Counted from the stretch's first letter, positions 11,757-25,747 are shown. The stretch is DNA of 64,000 bases from Octopus sinensis (GCF_006345805.1 NC_043001.1:82460001-82524000), one strand, 5' to 3'. Numbers and translations: made by a program. The notes: generated by a model from the letters alone, not told the origin.

Positions 11757-12310
11757 GAGTGAGAGAGCAGTGCATGCCATCAAAGTGACACTGGGGTAAA
11801 ATATATGAAGCCCAGTATACCCATCATGACTACCCGTCTGATAAGGGTACACCAGGCACATGTATCACAACGATATGTACGCGACATGGTGATCTCATAT
11901 CAAGATAAACAGCGCATGACCTTGCAGGTGGGGCCCAGTTAGAGTGTTCTTCTGGTCGAGTAACTCATCCCGCTCAAAAGGTCCCTGAATAAGGATTGTT
12001 TAAGGATGTTGAACGAAACACCCATGTTTCCAGAGGTGAAATATTCAAACCCCAGAGAATCCCTCTCAACATATGGCTATGATGCTCCCCCACTACTTCT
12101 GCTCGTGATCAGAGGTGCACATATCGTCAGCCACTAAGGGACATGCACAACTGGGTAAGATCAAACAACCGACAAGAAAATCCGTGGTATTGAGCAGAAT
12201 ATTTGCTGTAGCCCATCTTTTATACCAAGATAAAACACTGTACATGATAACACTTCCAAAATGTTAAGATCAGAAGTCATGAGAACCACTGCCTGGTACT
12301 GCATCAGGGC
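11757..12310. repeat. Unclassified dispersed repeat flanked by (ATT)n
   Basis: 12001-12220 recurs at 34221-34420 with high identity, also next to (ATT)n. Confidence 0.7.
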
Positions 12311-12351
12311 AGGAATTATTATAATTATAATTGTTATTATTATTATTATTA

Positions 12352-12405
<54 letters not shown>

Positions 12406-12724
12406 CATCATCATCTCCCTTTCATTCAGCATCTTTTCTCCAGTCATGTCGCCATGTTGGACCATTAAACTCAGCGCATTTTTCTCTTTCCGTTTTTTTT
12501 TTTCATTTTGTATCCTTTTCTCCTTTCTTATTTTTCTGTCGAAGAACACAGGTTCGATACCTAAAAGGCTGTTCCATTCTTCCCGAGCATCTTCGTTTTT
12601 AGTTCTGGATATTTGAAATATATATATATATATATATCTATATATATATATGTGTGTGTGGGTGTGTGTGTGGTGTGTGTGTGTATGTGTGATATATATA
12701 TATATATGTATATATATATGTATG

Positions 12725-12763
<39 letters not shown>

Positions 12764-12772
12764 ATAGATATA

Positions 12773-12810
<38 letters not shown>

Positions 12811-12974
12811 GTAGTATATAATATATATAAAACGCATAATTTATGCAACGTTTAGCAGCTGTCATAGATAAAAGTAGTTGCGGCATTTAAGCTACTTTGA
12901 CAACACAGAAATGTTGAGGAAGATACAATGCAAACTGTAGCACAAAATGTGGCGATAGAGGGATATCTAAGTAT

Positions 12975-14010
12975 CATGACCTGAATGGGACCGGACACCG
13001 CTTGCGAGTAATAATAATGGTAGTCTGTCGGGGTTCGACAATGACGTCAGTGACGCCGGAGGTGGGAGCGGAACCCAAAGGCGGACGCGCAGACGTGGCC
13101 ACATGTTGGGCACGTAACAGCAGAAGTAGGGTTGGGGATCCTCTCTTTTCGGGCTTGTCGCTTCTGGTCCAGGCTCTTGAGGAGCTTTTCTTCAAAAAGC
13201 CTAACACCCTTTTGGACAGCTGGACGCAAGGCGCCATGGTCAGAGGCAAGCGATTCCCAGCCACGGACTGAAATGCCGCAGGTCTCAAGGGAAATTTTCA
13301 GACTGTCCTTGTATCACCTCAGTGGCCTTCCTGGATTTCTTTCTCCAAAAGCCAGCTCAGAGAAGAAGATCATCTTTGGTAGATGCGCGTCGTCCATTCG
13401 GACTACACGTTCGACCCACCGGAGCTGGGCCTTCATGATGAGGGCTTCGATCCCGGGCATCTCGGCTCTGCGAAGCACCTCAGATTTCCATGATTCGTCG
13501 CAAGCAGCGGAGGTGGAACTGGTCAAGTACTCGCATTTGCCTCCTATACAGCATCCACGTCCCACAGCCGTTGAGCAGAGAGGTGATGACGACTGCCCTA
13601 TAGACTTCTAACTTGGTGGAGAGTCTGATGCCTCGTTCGGCCCACACACGTGTTCAAAGTCTGCCAAACGAAGCTCCTGCGTTTGCAAGCCTCATGGAGA
13701 CATCTTTGTCCATACTGCAGTTTGAGGACAGGCAGCTTCCCAGATATGTAAAGCTCTCCACGTTGTTCAGTGTTGTGCCCTCAATCTCAATCTGAGGCTC
13801 AGGAGGTGTCAGGCCAGGTGCAGGCTGAAGCATCAAATTCAGTTTTTCGCAGGCTAATGGTCAGTCCGAAGGCTTTGCTGCTTCTGCGAGACAAGTCTGG
13901 TTCATTCAATGCTACAAGCGCACAATCGTCTGCAAACAGGAAGTCTCTCACTAGGGCGTCCAGAACTTTGATTTTTGTCTTCAGACATCTCCGTCGTTGT
14001 CGATGACTCC
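12975..14010 (-). mobile_element. RTE-clade LINE 3' part (RT C-terminal half and C2H2 tail), frameshifted
   Basis: LFADDCAL, FGLTIS, VESFTYLGSCLS, QLRWV..V.RMDDAHLPKMIFFSELAFGERNPGRP, CPTCGHVCASAFGFRSHLRRH. Confidence 0.9.
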
Positions 14011-14598
14011 CTGAAACATCTGAGATGCTGGGAACTTAGTATGCATGGCCATTGGAACCTCATTCTAGACCTCAGCATAACCGCCTGTTATTCCTTCGCT
14101 TTACCTTTTGGTCCTGATCGAGGTTTTTCTCATTGGAGAAAAGCCAGAGCATTCCACCCTCTTGGTATTTTAACTTGTTTAGCAAGGGATTTGTACGAAT
14201 CGAACGGTTCTCGCTTGTTACATCCCACATAAGCTGATCCCTCCGCATTACATACGACTTGTTCTGGATGTCATCATGCACAACTCTTCTGACAGTGCAT
14301 CCTTAAGACTTGAGGTCTTTTGTAATGACTGATTGACTTTCCAGGATTTTTGTCGATTATTTCTTAGACTTAATGTACAGTTATGTACAATTATCTTAGA
14401 CTTATTGTACAGTTGTGTACACACACGTACACATACACGTTAGCCTCACACATATACACACATCCATACACATACTCACACATACAAGCGTCCATACGCA
14501 CACAAACTCGCCCCCATTTATATATACACACACTCTTACACACATTCTCATTTAAACATGCGCGCTTGTGCACCTAAGTTCGTTGGGTTCACCGTTAC

Positions 14599-14652
<54 letters not shown>

Positions 14653-15699
14653 TTACTTACTTACTTACTTAATTAATTAATTAATCAATACGTATGCAAG
14701 TTTAAACATCAGCAGATCTTATTAGTATGGTCTTCATGATTTGGAATCTTGTGAACCAAAATATGGTCTATGTTGTTTGTAACAAGGACAACATTGATCA
14801 AATAGATCAATAATCAGCTATATTCTTTCTATAACCAAAAATGGCGTATGACAACATTATCCAACATGTCTACCACTGTTTTAGTTGGGTGTGCTTCAAA
14901 AGAGATTTGACTACTATTTCCAGCAAGTTGAGTGACCTAGTAAAAGCTCACTTTTTTCACTCGTCACGGTAAGTGATTCTTCATTGAAAACAAATTGTAA
15001 TAAAATAAAATCCACTTTAAATCCACAATAAATTATTGACTCCAGTGTAGTGTAAACGTAGTAAATAATTCCAAAATGAAATATCAAAAGAATTGTGTCT
15101 CTGTTTATCAAGACCAGCATTAATTCAATTTTAAAACTTAAAATGATATTACTCCTCTACAAAAGAGAACCTCAAGTGGCTCTTTAAAAAATTTTAATCT
15201 GATGACAATAGAAAGGTATATAGATGAGATTATTCACTGAGGTTGAAATAAATGTCATTATTGTCGCAAAAGAATAAAATATGAAAAGTAAATCATAAAC
15301 AGACATATGTGTTTAAAAAGTCATTTGTTGTGTATCTAAAAATATGGTTTATTTCTGGCTTTGATGTAATCATCTGACTGAATGAGTTACTGAACCGACA
15401 ATTCGTGGGTCGAAAGATCGCGTGTAATGACAAGCAGCTGTTTCATCGTCGCATGTTTCAGTTTTCGTTTATTTTTGTTTTTGACCTGTTGCGTCTGAAG
15501 GAAGGGACAGAGCCCATGGCCTTCATCAGATCCCAAGCAATGGCATAGCTAGGTTGTTCAAAGCCGCCCTTGAGTTTTCCGTCCTTGCCTCCACCCATAC
15601 AGGCTTATACAGCAGACCCAAAAGTGGACTCTTCCTCCATAAAAGAGTCACCTGAACCGGACCTCGACCTTCACCTACCTATCCCTAGCTACTACCTTG

Positions 15700-16200
15700 A
15701 AGACTGGGGAGACTGATGCCATTAAAGGTCCATTAAAACTGTTGCAGATCAAAGTCTGTAGGAAAGACATTGGCGGGAAAGAGATTCCAGAGGGATAACA
15801 TTTGGGGGAAGAAGGATTGTAGCGATTAAGTGTGGAGGGGTATTGAATACACCAAGAGTGACGAGAAGTGCAAGAGATACGAGACTGACGACCAGCTCAG
15901 GGAAACAGAAGCTAATACAATAGCGATACATTATGCAAGAAGTAGAGAAGCACGCCTAACTGCCAGATGCTAAACTGCGTCCATTAGTGATTAGACGCCA
16001 ATCAGCTGAGTGTCCTTTTCCACGATAACGGCGTGCATAGCAGCAGCACCGTCCCAGATGTGGCTGCAATATTTCATTGTAGCCTTCTCTTAAGCTTTTT
16101 AGAGCGCTAGCAGAAGTTGGAGGGGTGGGAGTCTGAAATATCTTCTGACCGTTAAGAGAAGGGTTAGTTGAAAGTAGTAAACATACCTTGTGGGTCAAAG
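15700..16200 (-). mobile_element. Degenerate CR1/L2-like LINE 3' remnant
   Basis: YRYC...CFPEL-like C-terminal motif; heavily decayed. Confidence 0.4.
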
Positions 16201-16547
16201 TTATTTAGAAAAAAATAACGCCCTACCTTATCAAAATGTGTCTCACGTTCATTTAAAGCCATGCGACTTATGGTTAAGCACTGGCCTTGTGAATTTATTA
16301 ACCTTATTAGCAACAAACGCCTCCCTTCTTTTTAACGTTAATCTCATCCTTAAATCTAAACCGGTTGCTTACACTGAAGATTTCTTTTACATTGGTATTT
16401 TTACAAATGGAACTGTCCGTTCTAATATTTTATGAATATATTTAATGTAAAAAACAATAAAAACTAACTAGAAATATTATGGTGGAGGAAATAATATTAC
16501 CCAATAATTAATGTTATTTAACTAATTTTAGTACGTACTGGAAACAA

Positions 16548-16970
16548 CTCCGGGCACGTTTCGGTGTTATTATGGTCACATCAGCGAAGCATAGATTTCA
16601 CCGTACTTTCCGAAAGGATGATGAGAGATTCACTCAGGCATGTACATTTGACTGTGTAGAAACATCAATTACACAAATGTTAACAAATTTAATGTAGAAA
16701 GAATTTTAAAATCAACTAGAAATAACTATACGATGAGATTTAAAAGCAAATTAAGTCAATAGCTGACCAATGTTGCATTTATGATTTTCCGTAGGTACGA
16801 GAGACGTCATTGCACGTATTTTTGTATTGTTATAAACTCGACAGTGGAGCATAGATTTCAAAATTTCTTACCAATAAACTCAAATTTGGAAGTCAGTGAC
16901 TGGCTAATAAGACACACCACAGCTTGTGTTTCGGTATCATTATGAACTCGTCAGTGGAGCATAGATTTCA
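16548..16970 (-). repeat. Three degenerate tandem hammerhead-like units
   Basis: Units ending AGCATAGATTTCA at 16600, 16860 and 16970; minus-strand CTGACGA/CTGATGT...CCGAAAC. Confidence 0.55.
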
Positions 16971-17514
16971 AAGTTTATAACCAATAAACTTAAATTTGAA
17001 ATTCATTTCTTTCTCATAAAAAAATAAGCAATGCTGATTTCAATGTAAACTACCGACATATTCTCACGGTAATTGCTAATCATATATCTTCATACAACTC
17101 CCATTAATGACAAAATTTTTCGATATGATTGCTGAACAAAAGCTGGAGTGCATTTATTCCACTACTAAAGTTCGTTCAAGCAAGTCTCCTCAGCTGAAAA
17201 GACACCATAAAACATAAATACAGAAAGAAATTGAAATTAGCTATGACAATTACCGTCGCTCCTTATGACTCCCACTCTATTTGTAAATTCTTATTTATTT
17301 ATTTCATCTCTCCCTCTCTCTCACCTCTTCCTCTCTTTCTTTACTTTTCCTTGTCTTTCAATATATATATATGCGTATATACATATATATACATGTGTAT
17401 GAACATGTGTATGTGTGTTCGTGTATATATCATAAATCAATAGATATACATCTGAACATGCTGTATATAAAGTAGATATGTATGTGACTCTTTGTGTGTG
17501 TATATGTGGGTGCT

Positions 17515-17573
<59 letters not shown>

Positions 17574-17778
17574 CTTCACGAATTTTCGTATACACACATG
17601 CATACACACACATACACACGTATATATATAAATACATATCCATACATATATATGTATGCACAAACACACACACACATGTTTTCCACTCGAACTGAACTTT
17701 CTACGTATGTCGATCGAATACCCAACAAATTAACTCGGGATCTCCCTTCGACAATCTAAACTTCATCTTGTCTTTCAC

Positions 17779-17819
<41 letters not shown>

Positions 17820-17942
17820 ATATATACATATGTGTGTTCGTGTATATGTTGATGTTTATGTGTGTGTGGTGCATATATATATATATATAATATATATATA
17901 CATATGTGTGTTCGTGTATATGTTGATGTTTATGTGTGTGTG

Positions 17943-17982
<40 letters not shown>

Positions 17983-17984
<2 letters not shown>

Positions 17985-18505
17985 ATCACAAAAAAGATAG
18001 ATGGCATGTCAGACCTTGACTACTGGGGTAGACTAGAGAAGCTGAAATTGTATTCACTCCAACGACGCCGTGAACGCTACATTATCTGTATGATGTGGAA
18101 AATATTCCATTAGCACTGTCCGAATGATGTTGGCATCACCTTCAAAATGCATCCAAGGCTTGGACCTCGTGCCATCCGTCCACAACAAAAATCTAAATCG
18201 CATCACATAACGACAATACGGCACAACTATTTCACCTCAATTGGACCCGCTCTCTTCAACATTACACCAGGACACGTCAAAAAAGAAACTGACCACACAA
18301 AATTCAAGAAGTCTTTGGACAAATTTCTTCAAACAGTACCGGATAAACCACCCACACCCGGATATGTCTCCGCAAACAATAACTCTCTGCTCGAATGGGC
18401 CTTGGTGCCCAAATCCTGAACTGAAAGACTTCGCCAGGTGGTGCTATTAAGTTAGACATGGCCTGGGCCAATACTGGCCAAAAACCTTTCTAAGTTATTC
18501 TAAGT
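17983..18505 (+). mobile_element. CR1-like LINE 3' end, flanked by (TA)n
   Basis: YWGRLEKLKLYSLQRRRERY...GPALFN...FKKSLDKFLQTVPDKP; short tandem tail TTCTAAGTTA; related relic at 53223-53490. Confidence 0.8.
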
Positions 18506-18585
<80 letters not shown>

Positions 18586-18639
18586 ATAATATATATATAT
18601 ATATTACTCATGTATATGCATATGTATATTTTTTATTTT

Positions 18640-19000
18640 ATTCTTTTATTTGTTTCAATCATTTGACTGCAAATTCGAGCAAATTGACCCCAGGACATAT
18701 TTCTTTGTAAGCCTAGTAATTATTCTATCGGTCTCTTTTGCCGAACCGCTAAGTTACGGGAACGTAAACACACCAGCATTGGTTGTCAAGCGATGTTGGG
18801 GGACAAACACAGACATACAAACATACACACACACATAAATATATACATATATACGATGGGCTTCTTTCAGTTTCCGTCTATCAAATCCACTCAAAAGGGA
18901 TTGGCCGGCACGAGGTTGTAATAGAAGACACTTTCCCAAGGTCCCACGCAGCGGAACTGAACCATGTGGTTGGTAAGCATACTACTTACCACACAACCAT
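18640..19000 (-). mobile_element. SINE family B copy
   Basis: Matches 61515-61931 body. Confidence 0.8.
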
Positions 19001-19220
19001 ATATATATATAAACACATACACACACACACGCACATATATAGGGAGAATTCACAAAAAAAGATGAAGACAGGTGGTATAGACAACAAGCAGATGTATTAG
19101 TTTAACGGTCGGGCAGTGAAGAAGTCTTTAACGTTTCGAGCATACGATCTTCCACAGAAAGGAACACAGAAAGAAACAAGGAGAGAAAATAAAGAATGTG
19201 TGGTGGCTACACAGACATAT

Positions 19221-19264
<44 letters not shown>

Positions 19265-19672
19265 TTACTGTACTTTCTACGTATTTCGATCGAATAATCA
19301 ACGAAGTAACTCGAGATCCTCTTTCGACAATGTAAACTTCATATAATCAAGATATCCTTAGTCTGAAGAGTAGCTTGTGGTCTACCCCTCGTTTGCATAA
19401 TTTGCTACTTCCCAGGTTGTGCTAGCTATGAAACATATGTAGCCTGGATTTTATGTACTCCATTCCCTAATTTTTGAATATGTATATATGAAATGTGTAT
19501 ATACACCAACACCTATTTTTTACAGTTTGGTACGTACAGAAAGAAAAACTCACAAGCATACGCACGCGCACACACACACATATACACACACACACAACAC
19601 ACACACAAACACAGACACACACACGAACACACACACACATACAGATAGATAGATAGAAAGACAGACAGACAG

Positions 19673-19735
<63 letters not shown>

Positions 19736-19739
<4 letters not shown>

Positions 19740-20660
19740 AAACAAGTCAAAAATAGAAAATGCTAAGATGATTTTATAGTGAATTTTTCAGTACCGGTTT
19801 CGGTCATTTTGAGACCTTTTCAACTGTAACGATTAAATAATTAAATTAGAAAAATTAGAAGAAAAGTTTTTTTAAAAGAATGTTTCTGTAGTAGTGTTCA
19901 GATATAAGTAGCATTCTGCCTTTCTCTTGACTCCCTTGTTTGCACTTGTGTGTTCGAGGTCGTTTTGAGTTCTTGGTAGGATAGGTGAAGAATAATGAGG
20001 CTGATGTGGAGAGGGGTGGGGAAATCTGGGAATGCCTTAATGATCGTATTTTGAATGGTCAGTGGCTGACAGTGGCTGACAGTAGTCGCAGTTCAATTCA
20101 GGAATTGTTTATGGAATTTGCGTAGGCGTTATACTGAAAGACATTAGTGACAAGGTTAAGGGGTGGAAGGTGGAGAAGTAGAAGAAGAAGAAGGATGACG
20201 ATGTTGATGATGATGCTGATGATGAAGAAGAGAAGAAGAAGAAGACAGAAGAAGAAGAAGAAGAAGATGGTGGTGATGATGGTGGTGATGATGATGACGA
20301 CGATGATGATGATAATGATGATGATGAAGAAGAAGAGGAAGAAGAAGAAGAAGAAAAAAACAAAGAGAGAATATGAATGGGTGTAAGTATAGCTTTGATG
20401 GGGCTGATTAGTAATGGATTCTATGGAGTGTAATATTTGTGTGTGTATATATTTCTTTTATTCTAAAGTTGAGGTATATTAATTGTTTGTCGTAGACCGT
20501 TAAGAAGTGGCTTGTATTTTGTAATAAAGAGATTTTCTTTACTTATTCGTTGTCTCGAGGTTGTATCGTCCCTAAATTGGTAGAGGGGGAAAATTCTGAA
20601 GTTTGGTGTTTTTTTGTTGGCGCAAGTATCTATGTGTTGGCTAAAAGCTATTTTTCTGTT
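19736..20660 (-). mobile_element. 5'-truncated Penelope-like element: GIY-YIG C-terminus, 3' UTR and HHR, flanked by (TA)n
   Basis: Open frame 20660-20463 NRKIAFSQHIDTCANKKTPNFRIFPLYQ...RISKENLFITKYKPLLN (E..FI...P.LN GIY-YIG ending); HHR 19789-19826. Confidence 0.75.
19789..19826 (-). ncRNA. Minimal hammerhead with U3-A8 covariant core
   Basis: Minus: CAG-TTGAAAA-GGTC-TCAAAAT-GACC-GAAAC-CG-GTA-CTG; palindromic ACCGGT stem III, GUA site. Confidence 0.75.
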
Positions 20661-20685
20661 TATATATATATATATTATATATATA

Positions 20686-20756
<71 letters not shown>

Positions 20757-20830
20757 AAAATATTATTATAGATAGATAGATGATAGATAGATAGATAGAT
20801 AGATAGACAGACCGACAGATAGATAGATAT

Positions 20831-20912
<82 letters not shown>

Positions 20913-21616
20913 TAGATAGATAGGCACATAGATGATGGCCGTCTTTCACTTTCCATCATCCAAATCCATTCAGAAGGCTTTGGTCAACCTGATGTTCTTG
21001 TAGAAGATATTTGCTCAAGGTGCTACGCATTGGAACTGAACCCGATACCATGTAGACGAGAAGTAAACTTACCTCACGGCCACATCTGTACCTATGTATA
21101 TTTGTGTTTTCTTTTATGCGTGTGTTGGTTTCCCGCCCCATCATGTTTCACGACCGGTGTTAGTTTGTATTTATCCCCATAACATTAGCGGTTTGTCAAA
21201 AGAGAACGATAGAATTAATATCAACCTTAAAAAAAAGCAAATCTTTGGGTCGATTTGTTCGACTGAAACCCTACACGGGTATGATCTAGCATGGCCGCAG
21301 TCTAATGACTGAAACAAGTAAAATAAGATAAAGAAAGATATTAAGTCAGTGTTGTCCTCAGCAAAAAGACGGGACGGTCACAAGTGGAAAGCCTTTGATA
21401 ATAGGTGCGGTCTCTCAGGACTGATTTAGTGCAAAACATACCTACAACGATGAAAAGTATTGTAGGACTTGGACGACCAAAATCTATTGATCTATTGAGA
21501 AACCCCTTAATTGCATTTCATTAGTAAACAGTCTATTGTTCACATCAGACGACAAGGTACTCTAGGACCCGAGATTTTTACAAAAGAAACTCATATCTAC
21601 TGGTATATATATACAT

Positions 21617-21674
<58 letters not shown>

Positions 21675-21794
21675 TGTATGTATTTTATATTATGTATCTG
21701 TATATTTACATATATACATGTGTATATACAAACGCACATATATATATATGTTTATGAATATATATAAAATTGTGTGTATGTTTACACACACACG

Positions 21795-21858
<64 letters not shown>

Positions 21859-22598
21859 ATATATGTATATATTTAAAATGGGTTGCCACACAGCTCAGCG
21901 ATTTTGTAAACACCGGATATGGTACAAAAAATAAAATAATAATATGAATAAATAAATAAATACGTAATAAAACTTCTAAAAGTTGCTCCGCTAATATGTC
22001 TGCTTATTTAAAGTTCAAAAAAATGACATTTCACCTTGTGTGAACCTTTTTACAACTTGGCCAAATTGTTTGATAGAAGTAAACAAGCGGTTATATAAAG
22101 ACATCGTAACTTATACACAAAAAGACATGTATATTATCAGTGCTGCGTTGCTTAGTACCCTCGTGAGGCGGACCTTTTCAAGAATCGCCGGGTCTGGAGT
22201 AGTAAGCAAATACATACGATATCGGTTTGAAATAAAATTAGTCGCTTTTCAATATGGTTAACTGACAACGGAGACGCCAGCGATCTTCTGCTTTGTGAAG
22301 CATACGCTAAGAGAAAGGGTGGCGGGTAGATGTATGCGTGTTTTATATGTTTGTATATATTATGTATGCATGGAAACAAATATATTCACAAGTTTGTTGA
22401 GTTTGTTGAGGTAATATATTGATTCCTCGCTTGACTATATATTCTTACATGTATGTATATACAAACATTTTTCAAAGATATATGAATTAACACACGTATT
22501 TGTATGGTGAATTCGAGTAGAGATATTGCAAGCATTTATATATGTGTACGTGTGTTGACGAATGAGTGCATTTTTGTAGATATATATGTGTGTGTATA

Positions 22599-22635
<37 letters not shown>

Positions 22636-22723
22636 TCATACATACATACATACATACATATTATATATGGCACATATGGATATGTGCATGTATTTATGAA
22701 CATATATACATATATGTATATCT

Positions 22724-22766
<43 letters not shown>

Positions 22767-22818
22767 CATACATATTATATATATATATAATAATATATAT
22801 ATATATATATATATATAC

Positions 22819-22853
<35 letters not shown>

Positions 22854-22999
22854 ATATATTATATAATATATATATATTATATATATATATATATAATATT
22901 CATGTGTGTATATATGCATACACACACTTAAATATGTTCACTGGTAACCGAGGTACAGTATCAGTGACCATTAAGAATATTGTGCTCTCAGACAAACTT

Positions 23000-23490
23000 C
23001 TACTTTGAACTTGTGTCCCCGCCGGTGACTGATAAACCCAGTTCTTGATGGACATAAACCTCTGAGGATACTGTAAACCAAACTTCCTCTATTCTGGCGG
23101 TGCATTTTCGAGCAACTCGCTTAAATTCTATATGAAAAATACGTTTTTTTCCCAGTATTACCCAACATTTTTTTTACTTATCTCCTCCACTGAATTTGAT
23201 GAGAAGCATTGTTTTCCCAGTTAAATTCCCGAATTTCACACGTTTTCAACGACGACTTTACACAATCCTTTAATCGTAGTCTAGGCTTCTGCTGGGGTCA
23301 CTTTCCACAACCAAGTTCCCCATATAGCGTTTGTTTAGGAATCCCTCCATCATTCGTTTAGATAAGGTATCCAGTCCAATGTAAAACGATGCTTGTACGC
23401 CATCGCCTCAAAGCTCAGGACGCTGGTTTCTCTCAAGACCCCCGAGTCTAGCGTCCTCAATGATCACCCAACATTAATGTGTGTCTCTGA
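23000..23490 (-). mobile_element. RTE-clade LINE 3' fragment
   Basis: HWTGYL..DGGIPKQTLYGELGCGK*PQQKPRLRLKDCVK. Confidence 0.75.
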
Positions 23491-24251
23491 TGTAAGTGCT
23501 GAGATTAATGATGAGAATGGTGGTGAGGACGTGCAGAAGATGATGATAACGACGATGCTGATGATGATCATGATCATGATCATGACGGCGACGACGATAA
23601 CGATGATGACGACGAGGAGATGGAAGAGGAGGAGATGGAGGAAGAAACCGTGTAGGAGGTGGGAATGTTAATGTTGGGGATGTTTTGATGATAGAATTGG
23701 TGGTATGAGGGAATAAATATTAATCAATTACTGCACCATTCCTCTTTGGTTTATTCTGGTGATCAATACCTCCAATACAGTTTCAACTTCGACCTCGAGC
23801 GACGAATAGTAATATTTCTCGTACATTTGAAAATCTTTTACTATTTCGTGCATATTAATGTATGTATATGTTGGCATGTATATACGTACTTATGTGCACA
23901 TGTGTATATATATATATGTATGTCATATATCTGCCTCTATGTATGTTTGTATTTGTATGTATCTATATATGTATATATATGTATGTATATATGCATGTAT
24001 ATATGTATGTACATATATGTATGTATATATTTGTATGTATCTATATATGTATGTATATGTATATATATATGTATGTATATATATGTACTTATGTATCTAC
24101 TTACATATATAATACATATGTATGTGTGCTTGTATTGTTACTTTAACAAGTGGGTCCTAGCAGCGATGAGAATGGAAAGATTGCTCGAGATGTATGCAAA
24201 GCGACGAAGCCGTCCTTCATGCATTTGTAGTGTACTTACGTATGTATGTCT

Positions 24252-24660
24252 TTTTTACTCTTTTACTTGTTTCAGTCATTTGATTGCGGCCATGCTGGAG
24301 CACCGCCCTTAGTCGAGCAAATCGACCCCAGAACTTATTCTTTGTAAGCCTATTACTTATTCTATCGGTCACTTTTGCCGAACCGCTAAGTTACGGGGAT
24401 GTAAACACACCAGCATCGGTTGTCAAGCGATGTTGGCTGGGGGACAAACGCAGACACACAAACATATACACAAACACATATACATATAAATATATACATA
24501 TATACGACGGGCTTCTTTCAGTTTCCGTCTACCAAATCCACTCACAAGGCTTTGATCGGCCCGAGGCTATAGTAGAAGACACTTGCCCACGGTGCCACGC
24601 AGTGGGACTGAACCCGGAACCATGTGGTTCGTTAGTAAGCTACTTACCACACAGCCATGC
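24252..24660 (-). mobile_element. SINE family B, near full length
   Basis: Near-identical to 61515-61931. Confidence 0.9.
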
Positions 24661-24721
24661 ATATATGTATTTATGTATGTATTTATATAAGTAATACATA
24701 TGTATGCATGATTGTACTATT

Positions 24722-25430
24722 ATTTTAACAAATGGGTCCTGGCAGCAATAATAATGGAAAGCTTGTTCGAGATGTACGCAGAGCGACGAAAGCGTAGTGC
24801 ATATATTTGACCAGTGTCCGAGCATTGCTGAATTGTGGAGTTATGTCGAATAGCTATTGTCACATGTGGGACAAATCCGATTATCACCCGAGGCCATCAT
24901 AAGGATTACTCCGCAACCCACCCTTATCAAGGCAGCCTAAGCGGTGTTCCTCTGTTAACGGTGATGGCAAAAGATGCTGTGTGATAGACGGGGGCTGAAA
25001 GGATCGAGTATTGGGACCTTCCTCTTTGGTCAAGACTCAACGACTTTTCTTGAGTTCCACTTGGAAAGTTAAGTGTAGGTACAGAAGGAAATGCTACCTC
25101 ACAGTGAATTTGCGAAAAAGGTAGATAGCTAAGACAAAAATATACCTGTAGGTTGAAGAATAACAGTTGGGCAAAGGTGCGTTCCTTTGGTGGTCAGAAT
25201 AATCCTAGATCTGTGGGATTCCTTGACTGGCTATAGTTTCAAATACTCCTGTATGAAGAGGACTACATCATTCATGTATTCACATACTTTTTACCCTATC
25301 TACACTTCTGTTTTATTTCTGTCTTATTTACCCTTTCTTTTTCTTCATCTTTTATGTGAATCCCCACACAAATTGTATGGAGATTTACTCCTCATTTACA
25401 TCCCTGTGGTAAATGAAAAAAGACCCATAA
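24722..25430 (+). mobile_element. Degenerate Tx1/L1-clade LINE 3' fragment ending at (CAT)n
   Basis: CSRCTQSDESVVH...QCPSIAELWSYVE*LLSHVG matches the zinc-knuckle region of the 57.9-58.3 kb peptide; short sister fragment at 24141-24235. Confidence 0.65.
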
Positions 25431-25431
25431 A

Positions 25432-25689
25432 TCATCATCACCACACCACCACCACCACCACCACCATCATCCTCACCTCTACCACCACCATCATAATCAC
25501 CACCACTACCATCGCCACCACCACCAACATCATCATCACCACCATCATCACCACCACCACCACCACCACCACCATCATAATCACCATCACCATCGTCATC
25601 ATCATCATTATCATTACCATCGTTGTCGTCATCATCATCATCATCATAATCACCACCACCACCACCACCACCACCACCATCACCACCAC

Positions 25690-25746
<57 letters not shown>
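25432..25746. repeat. (CAT/CAC)n compound microsatellite
   Basis: Directly visible. Confidence 0.95.

Positions 25747-25747
<1 letters not shown>

Noticed and set aside
11757-12310. HDV-like ribozyme at the end of the repeat
   Set aside because: Could not assemble P1/P2/P3/P1.1 by eye
15100-15240. RYIDEI motif as decayed PLE RT
   Set aside because: Too short and degenerate to support
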